This document shows positions 51,441 through 62,440 of a stretch of 63,136 nt of DNA, one piece after another (position 1 is the first letter of the stretch; each line of letters opens with the position of its first letter). A model generated the notes under the pieces. That model searched no databases. It saw only the letters and a list, made by a program, of their open reading frames with translations, and was not told the origin of the DNA. This DNA is from Candidatus Levyibacteriota bacterium (GTDB taxonomy: Bacteria; Patescibacteriota; Microgenomatia; Levybacterales; UBA12049), in the NCBI GenBank assembly GCA_038254115.1, contig JBBSGK010000005.1, positions 1 through 63,136 on the forward strand. Reading direction: 5' to 3'. The position numbers and the translations under genes were made by a program.

Positions 51441-53879
51441 ATGCCCGACATTTCCGATTCCTCAAAACCTAATTCCGGTTTAACGACTGCCCAAGTTTTA
51501 GAACATCAAAAACAATACGGATTAAATGTTGTTGAAAATAAGAAAGTAAATATCTTCTCAATTCTTATCCGTCAACTAACCGGAAATCCTTTAACAATTA
51601 TTCTAGCCTTTGCGACATTTCTCTCTTTCATACTTGGGGAACGCGCAAGCTCCTATTATATTTTTGGAATTATTGTTGTAAGTATTCTCCTCGGATTTTG
51701 GAATGAGTATTCTGCTGAAAAAACAATTGACAATCTCTTAAAAAAAATCAGCTCTGCGGCACTTGTTATCCGAAACAGTGAAAAGCAGGAGATACCGGTA
51801 AACCAGGTAACCATTGGAGATATTGTTCTACTCTCACAGGGTAGTATAATTCCATCGGATCTTAAACTTTTGGAAACATACCGCCTTGAAGTAAATGAAT
51901 CAGCGCTTACCGGTGAGGCGAAAACAATTTACAAAAAATCTGATGACAAGGCGTTTATGGGAACAAGTGTTGATAGCGGATCCGCAACGGGAGTTGTAAT
52001 TGCGATTGGAAAAGATACGGAGTTTGGAAAAATTGCAAAAAGCGCTACTTTTATAAAACCTGCAACGGAATTTCAAAACGGATTGGTGAAATTCGGGCAA
52101 TTAATTGTCAAAGTTATTATTATTATGACAATTGTTATTTTTGCTGTTAATTCACTCTTGGGGCACAAAATACTTGAATCTGCTATTTTTGCTCTTGCGA
52201 TCGCAGTTGGTCTGACTCCTGAGCTGTTGCCAGTTATTGTGACAGTGAGTCTTTCACACGGGGCCGGAAAACTTGCAAAAAAACACGTTGTTGTTAAAAA
52301 ACTTCTATCTCTTGAAAATCTTGGCAACATGGATGTCTTGTGTACCGACAAAACAGGGACATTAACAGAAGGGAAAATTGAGGTTGTCGATTATATCAAT
52401 CCTGATTGGAAAAAAGATGAGCGTGTTCTTCAAATGGCGCTACTTGCAAATACTGCTGTAGTTCACCATAAGGTTATCGGAAATTCTATCGACGTTGCTC
52501 TTTGGGAACACAGTATGAATCACAAAATAGAGCCGGAAAAAACTACTAAAAAACTTCATGAGGAAGATTTTGATTATAACCGCAAGGCAGGATATGCAGT
52601 GATCCAAAATGGAAATGAAACAACGCTTATCGCCAAAGGAAGTCCTGAATCAATCATAGAGGCTTGCCGGAATATTAAAGACAAGCAAAAAATAAATCAA
52701 AAACTTCTCGAGTTGCGCAAAGATGGATTGAGAATTGTCGCAGTTGCGACAAAATCAATTGGTAAAAAAGAAAAATATTCATGGAGTGATGTTGAAGGGT
52801 TGCAGTTTGAGGGGTTGATAACTTTTCTTGACATTCCACAGAAAACAGCCGGTATTGCGATAGCGCAACTGCACAATCTCAATGTAACGACCAAGGTTAT
52901 AACAGGGGATAATGAAATTGTAACAAAAAAAATTTGCTCTGTCGTTGGGATGAATGTCACGGAATCAATAACCGGTCCACAAATGGAAAAAATGTCTGAT
53001 GAAGAATTTAAAAAATTGGTTATTGATATTGATATTTTTGCGCAAGTTACTCCTTTTCAAAAATTGCAAATTATAAAAGCATTGCAGGCAAATGGGCACA
53101 CCGTTGGATACCTGGGGGATGGGATCAATGATCTGCCGGCTCTTCACAATGCAGATATTGGTATTTCTGTGAATAATGCTATGGATGTTGCCAAAGATGC
53201 GGCATCGGTTGTGCTCTTACACAAAAGTCTTGAAGTGATTCATGACGGGATCCGAGAGGGAAGAAAGACCTTCAGTAACACTATTAAATATATTTTGATG
53301 AGTACCAGCTCGAATTTTGGCAATATGGCAAGCGCTGCTACGGCTTCTTTTTTTCTTCCGTTTCTGCCAATGACACCCGTCCAGATACTTCTAACTAATA
53401 CGCTTTATGATGTTTCCCAATTGAGTCTCCCAACAGATAATGTTGATCATGAGTCACTTGTCAAACCAAAACATTGGAATATAGAATTTCTCAAAAGTTA
53501 TATGCTTTTCTTCGGACCGTTGAGTTCTATTTATGATTTCTTAACTTTTAGTGTTTTGATTTTTGTGTTTCATGCTAGGGGTGCTCTTTTTCAAACAGGT
53601 TGGTTCATCGAGTCCCTTGCGACAGAAATATTGGTTGTGTTTGTCATAAGGACTGCCAAGACACCTTTTTATAAATCCCGCCCCAGTATGTGGCTGACAT
53701 TGGCATCGCTTGGAATTGTCGGAATAGGGACACTACTTCCTTTTACACCGTTTGCAAAAGCTTTAGGTTTTGTACAGCCGCCACCACTTTTCTTTATAAT
53801 CCTGATTATCCTAACAGCAACTTATTTATTGTTGGTTGAAAAAATAAAGTCTGTATTTTTGAAGAAATATAGCTTGTAG
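51441..53879 (+). CDS. P-type ATPase, MgtA-like (Mg2+-importing type)
   Basis: CTDKTGTLTEGK phosphorylation site, GDGINDLPAL, and TPELLPVIVTVSL resembling the MgtA PEMLPMIV motif. 812 aa. Confidence 0.85.
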   Translation: MPDISDSSKPNSGLTTAQVLEHQKQYGLNVVENKKVNIFSILIRQLTGNPLTIILAFATFLSFILGERASSYYIFGIIVVSILLGFWNEYSAEKTIDNLLKKISSAALVIRNSEKQEIPVNQVTIGDIVLLSQGSIIPSDLKLLETYRLEVNESALTGEAKTIYKKSDDKAFMGTSVDSGSATGVVIAIGKDTEFGKIAKSATFIKPATEFQNGLVKFGQLIVKVIIIMTIVIFAVNSLLGHKILESAIFALAIAVGLTPELLPVIVTVSLSHGAGKLAKKHVVVKKLLSLENLGNMDVLCTDKTGTLTEGKIEVVDYINPDWKKDERVLQMALLANTAVVHHKVIGNSIDVALWEHSMNHKIEPEKTTKKLHEEDFDYNRKAGYAVIQNGNETTLIAKGSPESIIEACRNIKDKQKINQKLLELRKDGLRIVAVATKSIGKKEKYSWSDVEGLQFEGLITFLDIPQKTAGIAIAQLHNLNVTTKVITGDNEIVTKKICSVVGMNVTESITGPQMEKMSDEEFKKLVIDIDIFAQVTPFQKLQIIKALQANGHTVGYLGDGINDLPALHNADIGISVNNAMDVAKDAASVVLLHKSLEVIHDGIREGRKTFSNTIKYILMSTSSNFGNMASAATASFFLPFLPMTPVQILLTNTLYDVSQLSLPTDNVDHESLVKPKHWNIEFLKSYMLFFGPLSSIYDFLTFSVLIFVFHARGALFQTGWFIESLATEILVVFVIRTAKTPFYKSRPSMWLTLASLGIVGIGTLLPFTPFAKALGFVQPPPLFFIILIILTATYLLLVEKIKSVFLKKYSL

Positions 53880-53916
53880 GTTTACTTTTAAAAAAAATGT
53901 GATATAATCCCTCACT

Positions 53917-55125
53917 ATGGGATCAGAAAGAGCACCCGTAAACGTATTTATGGGAGTACCAGGAGGATTTAAGGGAGTAGCTTTGACTGAAAATAAACGT
54001 CTTATGAGGGAGGTAAATCCTCATGGGCCAACTTGTTTTAAGGTAAAAGAAGGTACTAGAAACAGATGGAAAGAAGTAACAGGGCTTGAGCCTCAGGACA
54101 GTAGATTTACTTTAATTGTACCTATTCACAATGAAGAAAGGTATCTCCAAGCAGCACTAGGCGCCATAGCCCGGTCGGATATTCCAAGCTCTGCGCACGT
54201 AAACTTTGTCTTTGTCACCAATGACTGTACTGATTCAAGTCCTCAAATTGTAGATAATTTTTTGGGTGGTTTGGGTGAAGTTCAATCGGATACGTTTGAA
54301 CTCGATGAGCTTGATGATCTTAGGGATACAGGATTGAGTGTAGGGTACAAATATGTTAAATGCGGAAAATTAACTTTTACTCACGTAGATACTTCGACCC
54401 GTTCTCAATCCAATGCTTTCAACATAGGCAGTATTTTGGCCCTCTCAAAGGGTCACAAAATTACTATTAGTGTTGATGCAAATAATTTTTTAGAGTCACA
54501 CACAATTGCGCAGCTTTATGGCACAGCGCATCGCATGATGGAAGAAGAGGATGATGGAACCGTACTTATAACGGGTGTTCATAAGTCTGAAATGTTGCCA
54601 AGAAGGATGTTGTCAATTGTTGAGACAATCAAAAAAGGCGCTGCAGATCAAGAAAAAAAACCAGAAATTCGAGTAGCAGGTTGCTTAATGGCTTGGGATT
54701 CAGAGTTTTTTCATGAGGTCGGAGGTATTCCTAAATTAGCTTTAGTGGATTACGGTACCGGAGTATTGGCGCGTTTGAATGGAAGACGGGTGAAGAAGGA
54801 TGAAGAAGCAGCCGTTTGGGGCTATGAACCAAATACACTGTCTGACCGGGTGAATCAATATAAAAGAGGTGTTCGGGGAAGAATGCAGATTATGGCAATG
54901 AGTGCTGAAGCTGAGTATATGGTTAGAAAAGATTTCCCTCATCTTACTGGTAGCTTTTTAGAAAGGACTAAGCTTAATCTTGCGATGATGGCACATAATC
55001 CTACTAGAAGTCCCTTTATGTTTCTGAAATATTTAATGCATGAGTATGCAGCTGTAATGGGTAAACGTGAGTTCAATAGGGATCCGAATAATCCTTCCTG
55101 GGATCCTATTAAATCAACCAAATGA
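53917..55125 (+). CDS. Family 2 glycosyltransferase-like protein (divergent)
   Basis: FTLIVPIHNEERYLQAALGAI is a typical GT2 N-terminal strand, and a DAN (DxD-like) motif is present. 402 aa. An extended -10 (TGATATAAT, 53900-53908) ends 8 nt before the ATG. Confidence 0.6.
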   Translation: MGSERAPVNVFMGVPGGFKGVALTENKRLMREVNPHGPTCFKVKEGTRNRWKEVTGLEPQDSRFTLIVPIHNEERYLQAALGAIARSDIPSSAHVNFVFVTNDCTDSSPQIVDNFLGGLGEVQSDTFELDELDDLRDTGLSVGYKYVKCGKLTFTHVDTSTRSQSNAFNIGSILALSKGHKITISVDANNFLESHTIAQLYGTAHRMMEEEDDGTVLITGVHKSEMLPRRMLSIVETIKKGAADQEKKPEIRVAGCLMAWDSEFFHEVGGIPKLALVDYGTGVLARLNGRRVKKDEEAAVWGYEPNTLSDRVNQYKRGVRGRMQIMAMSAEAEYMVRKDFPHLTGSFLERTKLNLAMMAHNPTRSPFMFLKYLMHEYAAVMGKREFNRDPNNPSWDPIKSTK

Positions 55126-55131
55126 CAATTT

Positions 55132-56985
55132 TTAGAATAAATCTTCTTTGCTATCAAGTTCTACTTTTAATGATCCGAAGTTTTGGGATACGACGTGTTC
55201 AGGGAGTTCCAGGACAAATCTTGAAACGGTATTGGCAGTTCTTTGACCAAAGAAAAGACGGCGTCTTGCGTAAGTTAGGAAAAGCTTTTCTTTTGCACGT
55301 GTCATCCCGACATAGCAAAGACGTCTTTCTTCTTCCAGCTCCGATCTATCCATAAGAGAACGGGAGTGCGGAAATAATCCCTCTTCCATCCCGATCATAA
55401 AAATTACCGAGAATTCCAAACCTTTGGCAGCGTGAAGAGTCATGAGCGTAATCGCATTTTTCTTTTCTCCATCAGCTTGCTTCTCAGAATTATATTCCTG
55501 CTCCACAAGGGAGACGTTTTCCAAAAAGTCTGTAAGATCAGGAAAGGCGATTGCAACTGATCTGAGCTCTTTTATATTCTCAAGTCTCATCCGGTCTTCT
55601 TCAATCTTCTCATCGTACAATTCAAGATAACCGGTTACTTTTATCACTCCATCTAAAATATCAATTGTATTGAGGCCCTCTTTTTCATCCAATGTGTTTT
55701 GGAATTCCAGAAATTTTTGTAAGCGGCCTTTTCCGAGTTTTTCAATGCGTTTGTATGAGACCATGTCTTTTGGATTGGACTGCACCCGAAGATAAGACAG
55801 GACATCTTTTACTTCTTTCCTGGCGTAAAAGCGGGTACCTCCGATCAGAACATAAGGAATTCCATGATGAAGAAATGCCTCCTCGATCACACGGGATTGG
55901 GCATTGGTTCTGTATAAAACAGCAACATCACTCAAATTTGAAAGTTTCATTTCCAAAAGATTTTGGATTATGTAATCCGCCTCATCCTGCTCGCTTTGCG
56001 CTTCATAAATCACTATTTCTGAGCCCTCCGGATTCTCAGTCCAAAGCTTGAGTACAGGATGGCTTGTATTCTTGGAGATAACAGCTGAGGCGCCATCAAG
56101 AATCTTTTGGGTAGAACGGTAATTCTGTGAGAGGGCGAATGTCAACGTGCCCGGAAAATCATCCTTGAACTTCATAAGGTTGCGGTAATCAGCCCCCCGC
56201 CAACTATAAATGCTTTGTGAGAAATCGCCAACTACACATATATTTTTCCATTTTCCGGAAAGCATTTTGGTTAACATGTATTGGGCGCGGTTGGTATCCT
56301 GATATTCATCAACCAAAATATATTCAAACCGCATTTGATATTTCTTAAGAATAGGCTCCTGATCTTGAAAAAGCTTTATTGTGTAAAGAATCAGATCATC
56401 AAAGTCCAGAGCGTCGTTTTCCTTGAGGATGGCTTGATACATCGGATATATTCTTGACACCGTTTCCTGGAAATATCCTCTGGCATAATTCAAATATTCG
56501 TTAGCGGTAATCAGCTCATTCTTGGCTGAGGAGATAGTTGCCAAGACAGAGCTGGGTTTAATATCTTTGATTGAGATCCCAAGCCTTACCATTGCTTCTT
56601 TGAGGACATCCAGTTGATCTTGTGAGTCATAAATTAAAAACTTTTGGGAAAAGCCGAGATGTTTTCCCTCAATTCTCAGAATCTTTGCACACATGGAATG
56701 GAAAGTCGAGATCCAAGGCATTGCAGACGAATTGATTGGGAATTTATTAGCAGACAAATATTTTCGCATTCTTTCCTTCATTTCCTGCGCGGCTTTGTTG
56801 GTAAAAGTAATCATCAAAATTGACTCAGGCTCTATTTTCTTCTCAAGCATAAGGTAGATTACTTTATAGGTTAGGACGCGTGTTTTGCCAGAGCCCGCAC
56901 CGGCAAGTATAATAACGGGTCCATCAGTCTGCAGTACCGGTTCAATCTGCGCTGCATTTAAATCCTTGAGTAGTATGTCTTTCAT
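55132..56985 (-). CDS. UvrD/PcrA/Rep-family DNA helicase
   Basis: AGAGSGKT, VDEYQDTN, and TLHAAKGLEF / YVGMTRAK motifs. 617 aa, which is short for the family. Confidence 0.92.
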   Translation of the reverse strand: MKDILLKDLNAAQIEPVLQTDGPVIILAGAGSGKTRVLTYKVIYLMLEKKIEPESILMITFTNKAAQEMKERMRKYLSANKFPINSSAMPWISTFHSMCAKILRIEGKHLGFSQKFLIYDSQDQLDVLKEAMVRLGISIKDIKPSSVLATISSAKNELITANEYLNYARGYFQETVSRIYPMYQAILKENDALDFDDLILYTIKLFQDQEPILKKYQMRFEYILVDEYQDTNRAQYMLTKMLSGKWKNICVVGDFSQSIYSWRGADYRNLMKFKDDFPGTLTFALSQNYRSTQKILDGASAVISKNTSHPVLKLWTENPEGSEIVIYEAQSEQDEADYIIQNLLEMKLSNLSDVAVLYRTNAQSRVIEEAFLHHGIPYVLIGGTRFYARKEVKDVLSYLRVQSNPKDMVSYKRIEKLGKGRLQKFLEFQNTLDEKEGLNTIDILDGVIKVTGYLELYDEKIEEDRMRLENIKELRSVAIAFPDLTDFLENVSLVEQEYNSEKQADGEKKNAITLMTLHAAKGLEFSVIFMIGMEEGLFPHSRSLMDRSELEEERRLCYVGMTRAKEKLFLTYARRRLFFGQRTANTVSRFVLELPEHVVSQNFGSLKVELDSKEDLF

Positions 56986-57044
56986 AGAGTATAATTATTT
57001 AGTTAATCCGTAAATGCTTGTTGGGGTAGTATTTATTGTAGCAT

Positions 57045-57710
57045 ATGAAAAAACTTTTTATAGTTGCCAATTGGAAATCAAACAAGACAACAAGTGAAGC
57101 CCACGAGTGGCTTTTAAAAGCAGAAAGAGGTTATCAATTCATCGCAAATGCAGAGCGGGAAGTAATCGTTTGTCCATCTTTCACATCTTTGCCAAGCATG
57201 AAAGCATACATAATACAAAAAAACTTACCGTTTAAGATGGGTGCCCAAAATGTTTCGCCTTTTGAGGAAGGCGCATTTACAGGAGAAGTCAGCGCAAAAC
57301 AAATTAAAGAAGTCGCAGATCACGTAATTATTGGACACTCTGAAAGAAGAAAGGAATTTGGGGAAAATGATGAAATGTTAACTAAAAAAGTTCAGATGGC
57401 ACTTAAGTATGATCTGATTCCTATATTTTGTGTTCCAGGAGTTGATACTCCTATTCCTCAAGGTATCTCGGTTGTTGCTTATGAGCCACTTTTTGCTATA
57501 GGCACTGGTAATCCGGATACTCCTGAAGACGCAGAGATGGTAGCAAAAACAATTAAAGAAAAACACGGGGCTCAATGTGTTTTGTATGGAGGAAGTGTTA
57601 AGCCTGAAGATGTCAAGAGTTTTACTCAAATGCCATCTGTTGATGGTGTATTGGTAGGTGGAGCAAGTCTTGATGCAGATAAATTCTTACAGATCATAGA
57701 AAATGCTTGA
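57045..57710 (+). CDS. tpiA: Triosephosphate isomerase (short, 221 aa)
   Basis: VANWKSN, IGHSERR, YEPLFAIGTG and GGASL motifs. Confidence 0.92.
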   Translation: MKKLFIVANWKSNKTTSEAHEWLLKAERGYQFIANAEREVIVCPSFTSLPSMKAYIIQKNLPFKMGAQNVSPFEEGAFTGEVSAKQIKEVADHVIIGHSERRKEFGENDEMLTKKVQMALKYDLIPIFCVPGVDTPIPQGISVVAYEPLFAIGTGNPDTPEDAEMVAKTIKEKHGAQCVLYGGSVKPEDVKSFTQMPSVDGVLVGGASLDADKFLQIIENA

Positions 57711-57731
57711 GATAGTCCTTATTTAACTATT

Positions 57732-58898
57732 ATGCTTCACAAGAGACGGGAACCAACCAGAAAAAGAGTAATTTTTGCTATAGTTATTTTTTTTCTGGTG
57801 CTTTTTGGCATATTTTTGGTAAAGGGTGGTAAATATATTCCTGCGCTTTTTCAGCTGATATTTCAAAAAGAAGTTAACCTCAAAACGTCTGAACAAAATA
57901 AGATAAACATTCTTATCTTGGGAGTTGGCGGCGGAAATCATGATGGTCCCAATCTGACGGACACTATGATTTACGCTAGCATTGATCCAAATAACAAAAA
58001 AGTAACTCTCACATCAATTCCAAGAGACTTATGGATGCCGGAGCTGAAAGCAAAAATTAATACTGCTTATGCAGTAGGTGAAGCAAAAGAAAAAGGAGGA
58101 GGGCTGAAATTGGCAAAAGCCAGCGTCTCACATCTCCTAAATCAGCAAATAGATTATGGAGTAAGAATTGATTTTGACGGCTTCGTAAAAGCTGTGGATA
58201 TGGTCGGAGGTCTTGATGTCACAGTTGATAATACACTTGATGATTATCAGTATCCGCTTGAGGGGAAAGAAAGTGACAGTTGTGGACTGAGCGATAACAA
58301 AATAGCATCGCTTTCTGCAGAGCTCGCAACAGGATCAGCAACTGAGAATGAAGCATTCCCGTGCAGGTATGAACATGTACATTTTGACAAGGGATCTCAA
58401 AAAATGAACGGGATAAATGCATTGAAATTTGTGAGATCACGACATGCACAGGATGGTGAAGGATCTGATTTTGCCAGATCCAAAAGACAGGAAAAAGTCA
58501 TATCAGCATTTAAAGATAAAGTTTTTTCAGCGGGCACTCTTCTAAATCCGGTTAAGGTGGTGAGTCTTGTTTCTGTTTTGTCAGGAAGCATAGATACTGA
58601 TATTGAAGAGGATGAATACGATGATTTTGTAAAGCTGGCGCAGAAATTAAAAGGGTCAAAGATTGATAGTGCGATTTTGGATATTGGAGATGAGCAGATA
58701 CCACGTCTTGGGCTTTTGGAGCATCCGGATAGTGGAGATTATGACGGTCAATATGTTCTTGTGCCTACTTTGGGAAATGGGAAATATGCGGAAATTCAGG
58801 AGTACATAAGTTGTGAAGTTCAATATGGGAATTGTGTTGTTAGTAAAAACGGAATAACTACTCCAACCCCACAACCTGTAAAGAGCATAAAAAATTAA
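57732..58898 (+). CDS. LytR-CpsA-Psr (LCP) family protein
   Basis: N-terminal anchor, then NILILGVGGGNHDGPNLTDTMIYASIDP...SIPRDLW and ALKFVRSRH. Confidence 0.85.
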   Translation: MLHKRREPTRKRVIFAIVIFFLVLFGIFLVKGGKYIPALFQLIFQKEVNLKTSEQNKINILILGVGGGNHDGPNLTDTMIYASIDPNNKKVTLTSIPRDLWMPELKAKINTAYAVGEAKEKGGGLKLAKASVSHLLNQQIDYGVRIDFDGFVKAVDMVGGLDVTVDNTLDDYQYPLEGKESDSCGLSDNKIASLSAELATGSATENEAFPCRYEHVHFDKGSQKMNGINALKFVRSRHAQDGEGSDFARSKRQEKVISAFKDKVFSAGTLLNPVKVVSLVSVLSGSIDTDIEEDEYDDFVKLAQKLKGSKIDSAILDIGDEQIPRLGLLEHPDSGDYDGQYVLVPTLGNGKYAEIQEYISCEVQYGNCVVSKNGITTPTPQPVKSIKN

Positions 58899-59560
58899 AA
58901 TCTTAATATTCTAAAAATTGCTATTAGCGCTATATCAATTCCAACCGGTGCGACCAGATAAAGATCTGCTTTTTGGAATGTTTGCTGCAAAAGTACCTTT
59001 GCAAAAATAGTGTCAGGATTAATTTGGGGAATTCTAAGGCCAATAAAATATAGAACCAGTGTTATAAAGATTAAAGCTGCTATTACTTCAAGCGCTCCCT
59101 CCATGTCTTTTTTGCTTGAAAACATGGTGTTGCCGATCTCGAAAACACAATAACCGATAACAATAACAAATAATAGATTTGCGAAAAGATTATAGCTGAC
59201 AGCGAAAAAAAATATGCCAAGAAGAATTGATGTCCCAAATATAAAAGGCGCCATACCTATCAGTATTCTCCTGATTGGGTCAGTCTTGCCGATTTCAACG
59301 CTGCCCAATTTCAAATTGTTATCCATAAGTTTGGGTATAAATTCCATTTTTCCAACGTGAACCCGGAGTAGAACAGCCATAAGCGCATGAGCAAGTTCAT
59401 GAATTACTGTTCCGGGTAAGAAAATAATACTCATCAAGTACACGCTAATTTTTTTACTTTTTGTCGTTCTGTAGAAGAATGTAAAAAGAAGATTGGTTAA
59501 AGATCTTGATAGGAGAAATAAAATAAAAAGTTCGGAAAGAAAGATAATTACATTTAACAT
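58895..59560 (-). CDS. Polytopic membrane metalloprotease-like protein (HExxH; M50/site-2-protease-like)
   Basis: VIHELAHALMA lies within a TM-rich 221-aa protein. Confidence 0.6.
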   Translation of the reverse strand: MLNVIIFLSELFILFLLSRSLTNLLFTFFYRTTKSKKISVYLMSIIFLPGTVIHELAHALMAVLLRVHVGKMEFIPKLMDNNLKLGSVEIGKTDPIRRILIGMAPFIFGTSILLGIFFFAVSYNLFANLLFVIVIGYCVFEIGNTMFSSKKDMEGALEVIAALIFITLVLYFIGLRIPQINPDTIFAKVLLQQTFQKADLYLVAPVGIDIALIAIFRILRF

Positions 59561-59637
59561 ACTCTTATTATTACTTTTTATTTTGCCACTTGCAAAACCT
59601 AAAAAGTTTGTTCTATGATAGACAAAGAGATAAAGTT

Positions 59638-60261
59638 ATGTCCAAAAAAACTCTTGCCCTTATTTCTGCTTTGGTACTCGTTACAGTTGTACTTTTTGTA
59701 ATTGCGTTAAAATCAAGTCAAAACGCTACTCAGAATCCAGTTACACCTTCAGGTACAGTTATGAAACCATCTCCTACTGTTTCAGTAGCACACTCCGTTT
59801 TGAGTTTATTACCTAATCCTGTAAGAGTTATTCCTGGTGGTTTGGGAACGGCAAGTGTCGAGATTAATACATCTGATAATCCTGTAACTGCTGTCCAGCT
59901 TGAAATCTCCTATGACCCCAAGGTTCTCAGCAATGTCAAGGTTGTTCCCGGACCACTTTTTCAGAATCCGGTAGTTCTTATAAATAAGGATAACCCGGTG
60001 ACCGGAAAATATACATATGCTTTTGGCAGAACACCTGCCCAAACACCGGTACAAGGCACAGGAGTCGTAGCAACAATTACTTTTTCAGCCAATGCTTCCA
60101 TCCAACCATCTCAATTGACGCTTTTACCAACAACACTGGTCACAGCAAGAGGAGTAGCAACATCAGTTCTTAAGAGCAGTTCAGGTACAGTAGTAGTTGT
60201 TGGCTCAGGAACAGGAGCGGCTATTCCCCCACAGCAATCTTCCAACTCCGCAGGGCAATAA
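59638..60261 (+). CDS. Anchored cohesin-domain-like surface protein
   Basis: I chose the ATG at 59638 (MSKKTLALISALVLV). AVQLEISYDPKVL and GVVATITF resemble the type I cohesin pattern. Confidence 0.55.
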   Translation: MSKKTLALISALVLVTVVLFVIALKSSQNATQNPVTPSGTVMKPSPTVSVAHSVLSLLPNPVRVIPGGLGTASVEINTSDNPVTAVQLEISYDPKVLSNVKVVPGPLFQNPVVLINKDNPVTGKYTYAFGRTPAQTPVQGTGVVATITFSANASIQPSQLTLLPTTLVTARGVATSVLKSSSGTVVVVGSGTGAAIPPQQSSNSAGQ

Positions 60262-60302
60262 TTAAATCTCGTCGTTTTATTTCTGTTAGAGTTTAAGTAT
60301 TG

Positions 60303-60373
60303 TCGGGGTGCGGAGAATCGAACTCCAGCCATACGGCCCCCAGCCGCACATTCTACCATTAAACTACACCCCG
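60303..60373 (-). tRNA. tRNA-Pro, anticodon GGG
   Basis: Hand-folded 71 nt on the minus strand: CGGGGTG-TA-GTTT-AATGGTA-GAAT-G-TGCGG-CTGGGGG-CCGTA-TGGC-TGGAG-TTCGATT-CTCCG-CACCCCG-A. Confidence 0.85.
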
Positions 60374-60426
60374 AAATTGCCTATTGTATTTTAGCACACA
60401 ACATTGTTAATATAAGAACATAAATT

Positions 60427-61518
60427 ATGGCGAAGGCATCAGCTAATTCAAAAACATCAACCCCGGTTCTTGAGCAAACAGACAACAAACAAAAAATGGA
60501 ATCGATCCAAGTCGCCATGGATCAGATCGAGAAACAATATGGCCGTGGAGCAATTATGCGCTTTGGCGACGCGGGTCAGAAATTTGATATCTCAGTTATC
60601 TCAACAGGCTGTCTTCCGCTGGATCTTGCGCTTGGCGCAGGAGGTCTTCCAAGAGGAAGAATTATTGAAATTTACGGGCCTGAAGCATCAGGAAAAACTA
60701 CAGTCTGTCTCTCAACTATTGCACAAGCCCAAAAACACGGTGGAGTCGCTGCTTTTATAGATGCAGAGCATGCGCTTGACCCTATCTGGGCTGAGAAACT
60801 CGGAGTAAAGCTCGATGAGCTTCTCATATCCCAACCTGACACGGGTGAGCAGGCGCTTGAGATTACTGAGAGCTTGGTCCGCTCAGGCGGAATTGACGTT
60901 TTGGTTATTGATTCTGTCGCAGCATTGGTGCCGCGTGCTGAAATAGAAGGAGATATGGGAGATTCAGTTATGGGTTTGCAAGCGCGTCTTATGTCTCAAG
61001 CCTTGAGAAAATTAACCGGTGTTATTTCAAAATCAAAAACGGTCGTTATTTTTACCAATCAACTCCGTCAAAAAATCGGTGTGATGTTTGGAAATCCTGA
61101 AACAACAACCGGTGGAATGGCGCTTAAATTTTATTCATCAATAAGGATGGATATAAGGAAGATTGAGACGCTTAAAGACGGTGATAAAGTAATCGGGTCC
61201 CGACACCGCGTAAAAATTGTAAAGAATAAAATTGCATCACCATTTAGACTCGCTGAGTTTGATGTTTCAGGAACTGGCATCTCAAGAGAAGGTGGAATTG
61301 TGGACGTTGCTGTTGAGATGGAAATTATTCAAAAATCAGGCGCGTTTTATAGATATGGCGAGCGGATGCTTGGTCAGGGAAAAGTTGCAACAATAGATAC
61401 TATTAAGGAAGATAAAGCGCTTTCCAAAGAAATTGTTGCCAAGATCATGGCTCAGAATAAAGATGGCCGACCAGCCCCAATCATGGTCGGAGGCGACAAG
61501 GAACAAGATACAAAATAG
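60427..61518 (+). CDS. recA: Recombinase RecA
   Basis: GPEASGKTT Walker A, IDSVAAL and the full RecA core. 363 aa. Confidence 0.96.
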   Translation: MAKASANSKTSTPVLEQTDNKQKMESIQVAMDQIEKQYGRGAIMRFGDAGQKFDISVISTGCLPLDLALGAGGLPRGRIIEIYGPEASGKTTVCLSTIAQAQKHGGVAAFIDAEHALDPIWAEKLGVKLDELLISQPDTGEQALEITESLVRSGGIDVLVIDSVAALVPRAEIEGDMGDSVMGLQARLMSQALRKLTGVISKSKTVVIFTNQLRQKIGVMFGNPETTTGGMALKFYSSIRMDIRKIETLKDGDKVIGSRHRVKIVKNKIASPFRLAEFDVSGTGISREGGIVDVAVEMEIIQKSGAFYRYGERMLGQGKVATIDTIKEDKALSKEIVAKIMAQNKDGRPAPIMVGGDKEQDTK

Positions 61519-61537
61519 CCCCAATATAGTCCTATAG

Positions 61538-61566
61538 TTGATTTGCCCCGTGTTTTATAGTAATAT
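61538..61566 (+). promoter_or_regulatory. Promoter TTGATT-17-TAATAT, 6 nt upstream of the ATG
   Basis: Read directly from the sequence. There is no SD before the ATG at 61573. Confidence 0.5.
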
Positions 61567-61572
61567 CCAGTA

Positions 61573-62415
61573 ATGGGAGAACGACCTCCAGGTAGAGAAG
61601 ATGGTAAATGGAAAGCTAGGGCTGCAAAATTAAGTGCCAGACTGAAGCCTTCAGTAGAAGCTGTAGTGCAAAGAGCAGGAATGATTCAGGCTAAATTCAA
61701 TGATGACAAAAATTGGGAAGTCACTGGCGAAAGAATAAGTAGAAGATTTATACCTGCTTTTGAAAGAGGTGTAGAGCGTAGGGTTAGAAGATTTGATATA
61801 CAAGTACAAAACGAACAAAATTTGGAGGCACTACAGGAACAATCGCATATTGTAGTTGCAAATCATCCTTATCCTCAAGATAAAATATCACTCATAAGTG
61901 GCATAAGTCCTGACTCAGCGGTGTTGTTTTATGTAATAAGGAAAGCAACAGGAGAAAATGTTCATTTTCTTAGTCATTATGGAGAAGAACCAGCTCCATT
62001 TATTAAAAATTTCCCCGATAAGTGGCAAAATCGCTGGAAAAGAACGCATAAAGGGATTATTAGAGGTTCTGACATGCTTTCTGTTGATACGGCACCTGGT
62101 GTACTCCCTACAGATTTTGTTAAAGAAGCTGAGCAAATTCTTGCTAGTGGAGATTCTATTTTTATATATCCATAGGGAACTTGGCATGAAGATGAAGAAT
62201 TAGTAGGCAAAGTGAAAAAGGGTGCAGCATTTTTAGCCAGACGTTTTGGCGTACCAATTCTTCCTATATACATTGATGGTGCCCGTACATGGCATCCTGG
62301 TGAAAAATCAAAAGTTGTTGTGGGAACTCCTTTTACTACAGGAGGATTAAAGTATTCCGCTGTAAATCAAAGAATACAACAAGATATTTTAGATCTGAAG
62401 GCTCAAATTGCATAG
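61573..62415 (+). pseudogene. PlsC-like lysophospholipid acyltransferase interrupted by a single in-frame TAG (62173-62175)
   Basis: HPYPQD gives the HX4D motif. ...DSIFIYP-TAG-GTWHED replaces the conserved (F/Y)PEGT Glu codon, and the downstream ORF (62212-62415) is in the same frame. Confidence 0.7.
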
Positions 62416-62440
62416 AAAGATTTGATGATATAATGTCCTC

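Noticed and set aside
62173-62175. In-frame TAG as evidence for an alternative genetic code
   Set aside because: TAG, TAA and TGA all terminate well-conserved genes at the expected positions in this window: TAG ends recA and gap, and TGA occurs in ATGA overlaps. The event is therefore local.
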